Positions 51,236 through 62,809 of a stretch of 64,000 nucleotides of DNA are shown here, one piece after another (position 1 is the first letter of the stretch; each line of letters begins with the position of its first letter). The notes beneath the pieces were generated by a model that worked only from the letters and a program-made list of their open reading frames with translations, was not told where the DNA came from and did not search any database. The translations under genes were made by a program, and so were the position numbers. The stretch comes from Pristiophorus japonicus (Eukaryota): positions 47,120,001-47,184,000 of the forward strand of contig NC_091995.1 in the NCBI RefSeq assembly GCF_044704955.1, written 5' to 3'.

Positions 51236-54200
51236 CATAAGAACATAAGAATTAGGAACAGGAGTAGGCCATCTAGCCCTCGAGCCTGCTCCGCCATTCA
51301 ACAAGATCATGGCTGATCTGGCGTGGACTCAGCTCCACTTACCCTCCCGCTCCCCATAACCCTTAATTCCCTTATTGGTTAAAAATCAATCTATCTGTGA
51401 TTTGAATACATTCAATGAGCTAGCCTCAACTGCTTCCTTGGGCAGAGAATTCCACAGATTCACAACCCTCTTGGAGAAGAAATTCCTTCTCAACTCGGTT
51501 TTAAATTGGCTCCCCCGTATTTTGAGGCTGTGCCCCCTAGTTCTAGTCTCCCCGACCAGTGGAAACAACCTCTCTGCCTCTATCTTATCTATCCCTTTTA
51601 TTATTTTAAATGTTGTTATAAGATCACCCCTCATCCTTCTGAACTCCAAGGAGTAAAGACCCAATCTACTCAATCTATCATCATAAGGTAACCCCTCATC
51701 TCCGGAATCAGCCTAGTGAATCGTCTCTTACCTCCTCCAAAGCTAGTATATCCTTCCTTAAGTAAGGTGACCAAAACTGCACACAGTACTCCAGTTGCGG
51801 CCTCACCAATACCCTGTACAGTTGCAGCAGGACCTCCCTGTTATTGTACTTCATCCCTCTCGCAATGAAGGCCAACATTCCATTTGCCTTCTTGATTACC
51901 TGCTGCACCTGCAAACTAAGTTTTTGGGATTCATGCACAAGGATGCACTTCAGTCCCACTCTCCTGATCTTTGGGCACCCTGTGCGGAGGGGAGCGGGTA
52001 GGTCCGAAGGCCTCCTCGTAGGACTGCTCCTGGGCACGGCCAAGGGTGCCATCAGCCGGTCCAGGCAGCGGGCGGTCGAGGGGGTCGTTCAACCTGACTG
52101 CCTGCCTCTCTTCTGCTCTTACATCCGGTCCAGGGTGTCCTTGGAGATGGAGCACGCGGTGTCCACCGGTACGCTCGCGGCCTTCCGCGAGAGGTGGGCA
52201 CTGGAGGGACTGGAGTGCATCATCACGCCCGGCAACCAAATTTTAATTTGATTTTACGTTTTTTAAGTTTAATTTGTTTTAATTGCCGGTGCTTTTAGTG
52301 TCCCCCTTCCCTTTTATAGGGGGCACTGGGGAAAATTGTGATTTTAGTGCAAAAAAAAAAAAGGGGGGGGGAAAAAGGGCCTTGTAAATGTCTGGAGTGT
52401 CACCCAGGTCGGGTGGCACCGTTTAATGTTTTTATGTTTTGCAGGTGAACTCCAAAAAGAGTTTCATGCACAAGGACCCCCAGGTCCCTCTGCACCGCAG
52501 CATGTTGTAATTTCTCCCCATTCAAATAATAGTCCCTTTTCCTGTTTTTTTTTCCAAGGTGGATGACCTCACATTTTCCGACATTGTATTCCATCTGCCA
52601 AACCTTAGCCCATTCGCTTAACTTATCTAAATCTTTTTGCAGCCTCTATGTGTCCTCTACACAACCTGCTTTCACACTAATCTTTGTGTCATCTGCAAAT
52701 TTTGTTACACTACACTCTGTCCCCTCTTCCAGGTCATCTATGTATATTGTAAATAGTTGTGGTCCCAATACCGATCCCTGTGGCACACCACTAACCACCT
52801 ATTTCCAACCCGAAAAGGACCCATTTATCCCGACTCTCTGCTTTCTGTTAGCCAGCCAATTCTCTATCCATGCTAATACATTTCTTCTGACTTCGCGTAC
52901 CTCTATCTTCTGCAGTAACCTTTTGTGTGGCACCTTATCGAATGCCTTTTGGAAATCTAAATACACCACATCCATCGGTACACCTCTATCCACCATGCTC
53001 GTTATATCCTCAAAGAATTCCAGTAAATTATTTAAACATGATTTCCCCTTCATGAATCCATGTTGCGTCTGCTTGATTGCACTATTCCTATCTAGATGTC
53101 CCGCTATTTCTTCCTTCATGATAGCTTCAAGCATTGTCCCCACTACAGATGTTAAACTAACCGGCCTATAGTTACCTGACTTTTGACTGCCCCCTTTTTT
53201 AAACAGAGGCGTTACATTAGCTGCTTTCCAATCCGATGGTACCTCCCCAGAGTCCAGAAAAGTTTGGTAGATTATAACGAATGCATCTGCTATAACTTCC
53301 ACCATCTCTTTTAATACCATGGGATGCATTTCATCAGGACCAGGGGACTTGTATACCTTGAGTCCCATTAGCCTGTCCAGCACTACCCCACGAGTGATAG
53401 TGATTATCTCAAGGTCCTCCCTTCCCACATTTCCGTGACCAGCAATTTTTGGCATGGTTTTTGAGTCTTCCACTGGGAAGACCGAAGCAAAATAATTATT
53501 TAAGGTCTCAGCCATTTCCACATTTCCCATTATTAAATCCCCCTTCTCATCTTCTAAGGGACCAACATTTACTTTAGTCATTCTTTTCCAGTTTATATAT
53601 CGTTAAAAACTTTTACTGTCTGTTTTTATGTTTTGCGCAAGTTTACTTTCGTAATCTATCTTTCCTTTCTTTATTGCTTTCTTAGTCATTCTTTGCTATC
53701 GTTTAAAATTTTCCCAATCTTCTAGTTTCCTACTAACCTTGGCCACCTTATACGCATTGGTTTTTAATTTGATACTCTCCTTTATTTCCTTGTTCATCCA
53801 CGGCTGGTTATCCCTTCTCTTACCACCCTTCTTTTTCACTGGAATATATTTTTGTTCAGCACTATGAAAGAGCTCCTTAAAAGTCCTCCACTGTTCCTCA
53901 ATTGTGCCACCATTTAGTCTATGTTTCCAGTCTACTTTAGCCAACTCTGCCCTCATCCTGCTGTAGTCCCCTTTATTTAAGCATAGTGCGCTCGTTTGAG
54001 ACACTACTTCCTCAGCCTCAATCTGTAAAACAAATTCAACCATACTGTGATCACTCATTCCGAGAGGATCTTTTACTAGGAGATCGTTTACTATTTCTGT
54101 CTCATTACACAGGACCAGATCTAAGATAGCTTGCTCCCTTGTAGGTTATGTAACATACTATTCTAAGAAACAATCCCGTATGCATTCTATGAACTCCTCC

Positions 54201-55580
54201 TCAAGACTACCCCGTGCGATTTGATTTGACCAATCGATATGTAGGTTAAAATCCCCCATGATTACGGCCGTTCCTTTTTCACATGCCTTCATTATTCCCT
54301 TGATTATTGTCCGCCCCACTGTGAAGTTATTATTTGGGGGCCTATAAACTACACCCACCTGTGACTTTTTCCCCTTACTATCGATAATCTCCACCCACAA
54401 TGATTCAACGTTTTGTTCATTAGAGCCAATATCGTCTCTCACAACTGCCCTGATATCATCCTTTATTAACGGAGCTACCCCACCTCCTTTCCCTTCTTGT
54501 CTATCTTTCCGAATTGTCAGACACCCTTGTATGTTTAATTCCCAGTCTTGGTCACCCTGCAACCACGTTTCTGTAATGGCCACCAAATCATACCCATTTG
54601 TAATGATTTGTGCCGTCAACTCATTTCCTTTTTTTCGAATGCTGCGTGCGTTTAGGTAGAGTGTTTTAATACTAGTTTTTAAACCATGATTTTTAGTTTT
54701 GACCCCTCCTGCAGCCCCTTTTTATTCATACATATTTCGCCTTCCTATCACCTTGTGGTTTACACTTACCCCGGTGCTACTCTGCTCTGTTACCTCCTAC
54801 CTTTTGCATTCTTTCTTGGGGTCCTGTTCATCTGCGCTCCCACCCACTCTAACTAGCGCAGAGCCCTCTCCTGCGTTCCGAATACTCCTCGCATTGAGGC
54901 ACCGAGCTTTCAGGCTTGCCTTTTTATTGCACTTTGACCCTTTGGAATTTTGCTGTACAGTGGCCCTTTTTGTTTTTTGCCTTGGGTTTCTCTGCCCTCC
55001 ACTTTTACTCATCTCCTTTCTGTCTTTTGTCTCTGTCTCCAATTTATTTCCCTCTATCTCCCTGCATTGGTTCCCATCCCCCTGCCATATTTGTTTAACT
55101 CCTCCCCAACAGCACTAGCAAACACTCCCCCTCGGACATTGGTTCCGGTCCTGCCCAGGTGCAGACTGTCTGGTTTGTACTGGTCCCACCTCCCCAGAAC
55201 CGGTTCCAATGCCCCAGGAATTTGAATCCCTCCCTGCTGCATCACTGCTCAAGCCATGTATTAATCTGAGCTATCCTGCGATTCCTACTCTGACTAGCAC
55301 GTGGCACTGGTAGCAATCTCGAGATTACTATTTTGAGGTCCTACTTTTTAATTTAGCTCCTAGCTCCTTAAATTCGTCTCATAGGACCTCATCCCTTTTT
55401 TTTTAACCTATATCGTTGGTACCAATGTGCACCACAACAACTGGCTGTTCACCCTCCCTTTTCAGAATGTCCTGCACCCGCTCCGAGACATCCTTGACCC
55501 TTGCACCAGGGAGGCAACATACCATCCTGGAGTCTCGGTTGCGGCCGCAGAAACGCCTATCTATTCCCCTTACAATAGAA
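51236..55580 (-). mobile_element. Near full-length CR1 LINE (ORF1 part, EN, RT, tail), interrupted by Tx1 copy 3
   Basis: ORF1 DSIVRG..CCLPGARVKDV..HIGTNDIG (55403-55639); EN 54158-54619; RT 52799-53581; (CATAAGAA)n tail at 51236. Confidence 0.92.
51944..52462 (+). mobile_element. Short 5'-truncated Tx1-type element, copy 3, with 14-bp TSD
   Basis: HFSPTLLIFGHPVRRG...ECIITPGNQILI* matches the ORF2 end of copies 1 and 2; flanked by ttcatgcacaagga at 51930-51943 and 52463-52476. Confidence 0.95.
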
Positions 55581-55744
55581 TCAGCTGCAGAAAAGGGCGG
55601 CTCTATGAACACAGGACCTCCATGTCTAGTGTAACACACATGAAGTGCGGCTCCTCAGACCAGGTACACAAGGGCTGGGAACCAATAGTTGTCAGGAGAA
55701 AAAGGTGGACAGAACAAGCCCGTATTACAGAATTCAACATGTAC

Positions 55745-56062
55745 GTTAATTTGACAGAGGTGCGGTTTTCGGATAAGACGTTAAACCGTCTGTCCTCTCA
55801 GGTGGACGTAAAATATCCAATAGCACTATTTCATAGAAGCTTAAGGGGAGTTGCTCCGTGTCCTGGCCAATATTTATCCCTAAATCAAAATCACTAAAAC
55901 AGGTTATCTGCTCATTACGACATTGCTGGTTGTGGCAACTTGTAGTGCGCACGTTGGCTGCCGCGTTTCCAAATTGCAACAGTGAATACACGGTGCATCG
56001 TTGGATGTAAAGCGCTTTGGGACGTCCCGAGACCGAGAAAGGCGTTACATAAATGGATTTTT
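55745..56062 (+). mobile_element. Deu-domain SINE remnant (SacSINE1/AmnSINE1-like)
   Basis: gaggtgcggttttcggataagacgttaaaccg..ctctcaggtggacgtaaaa resembles the Deu domain; L2-like 3' tail gtaaagcgctttgggacgtcc..gaaaggcgttacataaatg; family name is from recall. Confidence 0.6.
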
Positions 56063-56180
56063 TTAATATAACAGATCATTGGCATTGAAATATAATCCTG
56101 GGGCAGGCCAACATATTTTCTGCAAAGCCTATGTGCAATACTTTTATACACAAGACCATAACATTATTCCCTGTCCTTAC

Positions 56181-56279
56181 CTCTCCGTTTTCTCCTCCAC
56201 ATACAGATTAAAACTATAACGAAAGCCAGCGATACCAGTCCACACATGACAATCAGCCCCACATGCTTGTCTTTCCCTT
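56181..56279 (-). CDS. MHC class I-like gene, transmembrane exon
   Basis: ttttcag| ... |gtaagg, 99 nt, phase 1-1; EGKDKHVGLIVMCGLVSLAFVIVLICMWRRKRR. Confidence 0.85.
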
Positions 56280-57169
56280 CTGAAAAATAGCAGCAAAGGT
56301 CGAAAAACTATATGTGCGGCTTGACAGTTTTAAATATAATCAGTGGGAATCTAAGGCCCTGCTCATGCTCAGTGGGATGATGCGCTGTTTTAAATGTATG
56401 AGTTTACACACCATATAGCGCACAATGTTTTATTTCACTAATGTGGAGCCAGGTTCCTTTAAAGCCACAAAGTTCACTTTTTGTGAATAACCGGAGGTTC
56501 TGGTCAACGAGAGATGGAAGGCTGTAAATGTAACTGGGGGAGGGGCGGGGGGAGAATCAATGGCTGTGATGAGTGAAGCATGGTTTCCTGAGTGATCGGG
56601 GCTGGGCCAGCGATATGAATGTGCTACTAGGAGGCCAATGGAAAGGGGTCGTGGTGCCCAGCGAGGCAGGGGGAAAGCAAGCTGTCCCCTCCCCCACAAC
56701 CACCCCTGGATCGCTGAGTGAGGGGAGCCAGGTAGGTAAGTGGCAGAGCCTGTGTCTGCGGGTCTGGTGAAAGGGGCAATATGAGGGGTAAGTAGTGGCA
56801 GTTGAATCGATGATGCCCGCTATACCAGCTCCCAGGGCTGGGGGATCGATCCTCCGACCGTTCCAACAGGTCTGTGTGATGGGAGGCACCTCAAGGTGCA
56901 AGGTAGCAGCTCATGAGAATTGTAATTAACCAAATCATCGACAGTAAAGTTTACATTTAAATTAAATTGTTAAACGCTGATAATTTTTATGGATAGCAAA
57001 AAGTCTGCTGTATCAATTTCTAGACTTATTTTGTGGGGTTTGAAAATTCAGGGATGTCATGTGCAAGTTGGCTTGGTCATTCATTTAATTGACCTCTTTC
57101 TGCTCTCTCCCTGTATGGAATGTTTGTGATTATTGATGGATTGTTCAGTGTTGCTGCTCATATCCTTAC

Positions 57170-57436
57170 CCCAGGAAACAGTCTTCCCACCCGGCAAGCT
57201 GCTGTGCTCAATATGACAGGAGTATTGTTTCCCATCATACGGATCAAATTCAAGGCTTGTCGTTAGCTGATACGTCCCATCTTCATTAGGTAATACTCCA
57301 GTAGATTTGGTCTCAGGGGCATGTTCTCCATTCTTCAACCAGGTCACATTGATGGACTGCGGGTAAAATCCAATCACAATGCAGTGGAGAAACCAACGAT
57401 CACCAGCCCTGGCAATAACTGAGACCTCGGGGGAAA
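57170..57436 (-). CDS. MHC class I-like gene, alpha3 (Ig C1-set) exon
   Basis: tgcag| ... |gtaag, 267 nt; VSPEVSVI...LHCIVIGFYPQSINVTWLKNG...LPNEDGTYQL...YSCHIEHSSL. Confidence 0.93.
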
Positions 57437-57733
57437 CTGCATGATAGAATGACAGTTATTTTCAACTTCAATGAAAGTCGCAAATTTCACAAAAAAATCA
57501 AGGGGATAATTGAAACAGTTGTCCTGAGTGTAAAACGGGCGATATTGGATCGGCCACCAGTTATAGAAGAATGGAGTGAGGTGTGTAATGGAAGCTGATC
57601 CAATATCACCCATTGTACACGATCGGCAAACACAAAATTTGTCACCCATTACACAATTCGCCCAATCGTCCCTTCCATTGGGGCCATAGTGAATTGGCCG
57701 TCCACTTTACATCTATGCTTGTTCTGACATTAC

Positions 57734-58009
57734 CTTTTCTGGTTAGTGATACGTTGCCAATTGAATAGTATGTCCTCCATAAATCCACACAGTCCTTTTC
57801 TATCAAGCTCTTGAAATAACGGTTCATCTTTGTTTCCTTATCCCATTTTGCTTTGAAGGTCTGAGCTACTGAATCGTGTACAGTCCAAACCAATGTGTCT
57901 TTATCAAAACTGAAAGCGAATCTTCCATCATAAGCCAATTTCAGAACCCCTCCACTAGGATTGGCATCATTCAGCTCACAGCCAAACAGTCCTTGAATGT
58001 AGTGAGTAC
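57734..58009 (-). CDS. MHC class I-like gene, alpha2 exon
   Basis: ttctag| ... |gtaatg, 276 nt; THYIQGLFGCELND...LAYDGRFAFSFDKDTLVWT...KAKWD...KDCVDLWRTYY. Confidence 0.93.
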
Positions 58010-58356
58010 CTAGAACAGTAATTCAACCCATTAATAACTGCATAATTATCGCATCTATTCATACCAAGTCCGAGAATTTCAGCTACTTTCTATTCACTTC
58101 ATATTCAGTCACTCTTTCCATAACTAAGATTAGAAATGGAATTTCGTATCTGAAACAAGCATCAGCGCACAGGGAAATAGAATTTACAGCACAGAAAGAG
58201 AGCAATTGGCACCAAAGTTAAACTGCAGCTGCCTGCTCATATTCTTGCTATGATAAATGCTCAGGACTGCATGCAACATCCTAGAAGTGTGCTAACCAAA
58301 GTCCTCTTTGTGTCCCTGATGTTATATGTTATGCTCTTATGAATAAAAAAACAGAT

Positions 58357-58562
58357 GGGGTGAAATTGGTCTTTGCCGGTCGTGCAAAATGCACTCAGAG
58401 CGGATCAGAAGCTCGTTTACACGCTACCCATTTTTCAAATATGTAAAGTGGACTGCCAATTCACTATTGCCCCAATGGAAGGGAAGATTAGGCGGATTGT
58501 GTAATGGTTGACAGATCCAGTATCACTCATTTTACACTGTAGCGAAAAGTTAAAATTACCCC
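58357..58562. repeat. MITE-like element with inverted ends
   Basis: Begins ggggtgaaattggtcttt and ends aaaagttaaaattacccc; relatives at ~57500-57710, 59653-59790, 60185-60490, 61925-62200. Confidence 0.55.
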
Positions 58563-58949
58563 TCACATATGCAACCCCACAGGAAATTCAGTAGAAAATT
58601 CAAAAATAATACTTCTCTGTGCATTTCCTGTCCACAAATGCATCCTTCCTGTTGTCATATTTCTGTTACATATCTGTGAACATTTCCCTTTATCAATTCT
58701 TATGTCACTTTTATGTTGAAGCTGCCATGGTAAGCTGGTCATGCTGTAATTCCTCCCACCCGTGGTCGCACTGTTGAACTTTTACCTTGCCTTTCGTAGA
58801 GAAACTGCTGTACCCTACCCAATTCTATTTCTCTGCTTCCCAAATTGAATAAATGTGGCTATTTATATTATGTTAGACATTTTATGTACAGCCTGTCCAC
58901 ACAACCTTACTTCATTTTGTCACATTGATAAACAATGTTGTGCCATTAT

Positions 58950-59310
58950 CAATGCAAGTGAATTCATGTACAAAATCATGAAGGACTTGGATAGAGTGAA
59001 TAAGGAGAAACTGTTTCCTGTGGTAGAGAGATCGGTAACCAGAGTACAGAGATTTAAGATAATTTGAAAAGAACCAGAGGCGACATGAGGAGATTTTTTT
59101 ATGCAACATGTTGTGATCTGGAATTTATTGCCTGAAAGTGCGCTGGAAGCAGATTCAATAGTGACTTTCAGAAGGGAATTGGATAAATACTTGAAGGGGA
59201 ACATTTTGCAGAGCGATGGGTAAAGGGCAGGGGATAGGGTCTAATTGAATAGCTCTTTCAAAGATCCGGCACAGGCATGATGGGCCGAATGGCCTCTTTC
59301 TGTGCTGTAT
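58950..59310 (+). mobile_element. Old CR1 3' fragment
   Basis: YKIMKDLDRVNKEKLFP motif; 3' end atgggccgaatggcctctttctgtgctgta. Confidence 0.75.
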
Positions 59311-59888
59311 TATACAATGATTGTATATGCCAACATTTACGATGGGAGATGCTGATGTAGTTAGCAGGCTGCAATTGCACCCTCCCTCCAGTGGTGGCAC
59401 TGTAATGCTTCAGTTTTTTATTGTCCAACTCTTCAGCCTGGACTGCTGGAAACATCGGATGTGTCAAACAACCCTACTTATCACATTTACAATGCTCGAG
59501 TACTTTTGTTACTAAACTATAAATAACATGCCAGAACATTAGCCTATGCCGCCAGAATACATGCCAGAAGTCATGACATTAAATTGGGGACTGAATTATG
59601 GTTCCACAGCGTAGGCCAGCATTTCCCATCCTCCAACATGACTTGACTCCATGGGGTAATTTTGTCGTTGGGTGAGAGTGTAAAATTGGCGATATTGGAT
59701 CGGCCGCCCATTTTACACACAGCCAGATTTTCATGTCCATTGAGGTCCTATTGGATAGAAAACTGCCGCCTGTGCAGTTAACCTTTCTGATAAACCACCT
59801 GTTGGATATAAGACGGCACTGGAACCAAAAAATCACATACTTCAATTACATATTATATAGGTGCTCACCAATATCATCCAACAAGTGC

Positions 59889-60139
59889 AATACATTTATT
59901 GAATGACTGTCAAAATATCACAGAATGTGAATCATATCAGCAGTATTGTATTTATTGAATTCTATAGTCAATATTACATTGAAGGGGCCGTATGGCCAGC
60001 TCATATTTCTATTTCTTATGTTCTTATAATATGAATACAAATCCTTCTATGTAATATTGACTATACAATTCAGTAAACATAATATTGCCGATATAATTCA
60101 CATTCTGTGACATTTTCAAAGTCATTCAATAAATGTATT
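59889..60139. repeat. AT-rich inverted repeat with 97-bp arms
   Basis: 59889-59985 versus reverse complement of 60043-60139: 11 mismatches by manual alignment, no gaps. Confidence 0.9.
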
Positions 60140-60589
60140 ACTAATATCATTCATTAAAAGTAATATTACCAATAATCGGGGGGAGGGGAGGATTTTAAAT
60201 TGTGGCCATGTTGTAAAATGGGAAATATCGGATCAGTGGCCTGTTTTACACCTTGCCCAATGGATAGGGAATCCCAGCGAGGTGTAGAACGATATTGACC
60301 GCTTTATATTTTTGCCTGAAGAGTTAAAAATTCCCCCAATAGTTCACCCGGAGAAATATGGCCAAGAGAGAATTGAGCCCTCACTTTACACCAAGTCCGA
60401 TTTTCAGAAAATCGATCGAGGTGTAAAGCGGCAACTGATTCACAGGCGCCCATATTTTACCTGATGATAAAAGTGAAATTCAACTTCAGCATGATTGCTA
60501 ACACTGAATATTTGCACTGTGTTTTTTCAATGCCTGCATCCTGTGGACCACGCCCCGACGCCTCTCGCGCATGCACAGCCTCCTCAGCG

Positions 60590-61720
60590 GGGATGGGGCG
60601 GGGCATGAACCTGGCCTGGAGTTGTAAGAAACTTGGGCTGGGGGAGGCATGAACTTGGGCTTGGGAGGAGGGATGCACTTGGGTTGTGTCAGGGACTTCG
60701 GCTGGGGGCGGCATGCACTTTGATTGCAGCCAGGGACTTCGGCTGGGGGAGGCATACACTTGGGCTGGAGTTAAGGACTTCGGCTGGGGGAGATATGCAC
60801 GTGGGCTGGAGTTAAGGACTTGGGCTGGGGGAGACAGCACTTGGGCTGGGGTCAGGGACTTGGGCTGCGCAGGCATGCACTTGGGCTGTGTCAGGGACTA
60901 CGGCTGGGGGAGGTATGCACTTGGGCCGGGGCCAGAGACTACGGCTGGAGGAGGTATGTACTTGGGTCGGAGTCAGAGACTACGGCTGGGGGAGGTATGC
61001 ACTTGGGCCGGGGCCAGAGACTATGGCTGGGGGAGGTATGTACTTGGGCTGGGGCCAGAGACTATGGCTGGGGGAGGTATGTATTGTGCTGTATCAGGGA
61101 CTATGGCTGGGGGAGGTATGTACTTGGATCGGAGACAGAGACTACGGCTGGGGGAGGTATGTACTTGGGCCGGGGCCAGAGACTATGGCTGGGGGAGGTA
61201 TGTACTTGGGCTGTGTCAGGGACTAAGGCTGGGGGAGGTATGCACTTGGGCCGGGGCCAGAGACTACGGCTGGGGGAGGTATGTCCTTGGGCCGGGGCCA
61301 GAGACTATGGCTGGGGGAGGTATGTACTTGGGCTGTATCAGGGACTATGGCTGGGGGAGGTATGTACTTGGGCCGGGGCCAGAGAATATGGCTGGGGGAG
61401 GTATGTACTTGGGCTGTATCAGGGACGATGGCTGGGGGAGGTATGTAATTGGGCCGGGGCCAGAGACTATGGCTGGGGGAGGTATGCACTTGGGCCTGGG
61501 CCAGAGATTATGGCTGGGGGAGGTATGTACTTGGGCTGTGTCAGGGACTACGGCTGGGGGAGGTATGTACTTGGGTCGGAGTCAGAGACTACGGCTGGCG
61601 GAGGCATGCACTTGGGTTGGGGCCAGGGACTATGGATGGCAGAGGCATGCAATTGGGCTGGTGTCAGGGACTTCAGTTGGACAGGCACGCAATTGGGCTG
61701 TGTCAGGTCAGGAACATGGG
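60590..61720. repeat. G-rich minisatellite, 40-41-bp unit
   Basis: (gactatggctgggggaggtatgtacttgggccggggccaga)n alternating with a ...ttgggctgtgtcagg variant; degenerate edges, homogeneous core. Confidence 0.92.
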
Positions 61721-62307
61721 AGGTTTTTGCTGACTTGGTGCAGTTCTATCCTCTCTGGGTTCTGAAGTCAGAATGGCTCGAATTACACTTTGCAAAGTCA
61801 CTGAGAACTTGAGCTGGGTGGATCCAATTACACACTCCAGAGAAACTTCTGGGTATGGCTTATCCTCCAAGGACACAATCAGCAATCAGGTCATGTGATA
61901 ATGGAGAACCAATCAGATCATTTTCGTAGTGCAAATAACTGCATCCGATTGCTAAACGGCAGGAGCGAATATCCCCATTTTATACACCCCAGCACATATT
62001 GCTGTGAAGTGAATGGAAAGGACAATCCGGCAGCATGTATAAAGGGCGGCCTCGCTGCTACTGTCTATTTACACCCAACCCACATTGAATTTCAACTCCA
62101 GTATTACCAATATCATTCATTGGGGTTAATGTCTCCTTCCAGAGATGGTGTAAAATGGTCGATTTCCTATTATTTTCCCATGATACACTTCGCCTGATGT
62201 TCCTTTCTATTGAAGGTATAATAGACCGATATCCCTGATTTTACACTCTTCCCCCAAGTTTAAATGAACCAATCGTTTGCTGCATTCATTAAAATGAATC
62301 CACTCAC

Positions 62308-62568
62308 TTGATGTTTGGTTGTTCTGCCGCAGCCATCCATCAACCTGCCCCTTGATGAGACCATGGAAACCCGCTTGAGTGATTGTGTATTTGTCCCAAT
62401 AACTCTTGTCAAATGCTTCCGCCATCCATCGCTGTCTTGGAACAGTTGTTTTCATATTTTTGTCGTAATAAGTTGTCTCACAGCCATCTAGAAGCTCCAT
62501 AAAAATATACTCCGGGAGATCAGCACTCCCATGGTTCAGGGTGTAGTAATATAGCAGAGAGTGAGACT
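62308..62568 (-). CDS. MHC class I-like gene, alpha1 exon
   Basis: tcctag| ... |gtgagt, 261 nt; SHSLLYYYTLNHGSADLPEYIFMELLDGCETTYYDKNMKTTVPRQRWMAEAFDKSYWDKYT...LRQNNQTS (N86 sequon); leader exon not found in the window. Confidence 0.92.
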
Positions 62569-62809
62569 CTAGGATATAATTTAAAAATCACCATCTTTGG
62601 CATATCAAATATTAGAAATGTCAGTTTGCTGAAAACTTGGCAAATAATAAGTTATTGGCAAAAATGCAAGACCACTGGCTACATTGCCATAATGCCCATG
62701 TTAAACCATTGAAGAGAAGGCAAAATTAGCCTCATTAGCAAATCATACCCATTTACAAGAATACTCCCATTTTCAAAAAAAAGAGAAAAAAGTGATGGTT
62801 CGAATAAAT

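Noticed and set aside
60590-61720. Possible CRISPR-like repeat array
   Set aside because: No unique spacers, only variant tandem units; vertebrate context and no cas genes.
60686-61812. 359-aa and 330-aa Gly/Trp-rich ORFs
   Set aside because: Translations of the 40-41-bp minisatellite; the unit is not a multiple of three and the same peptides appear in all frames.
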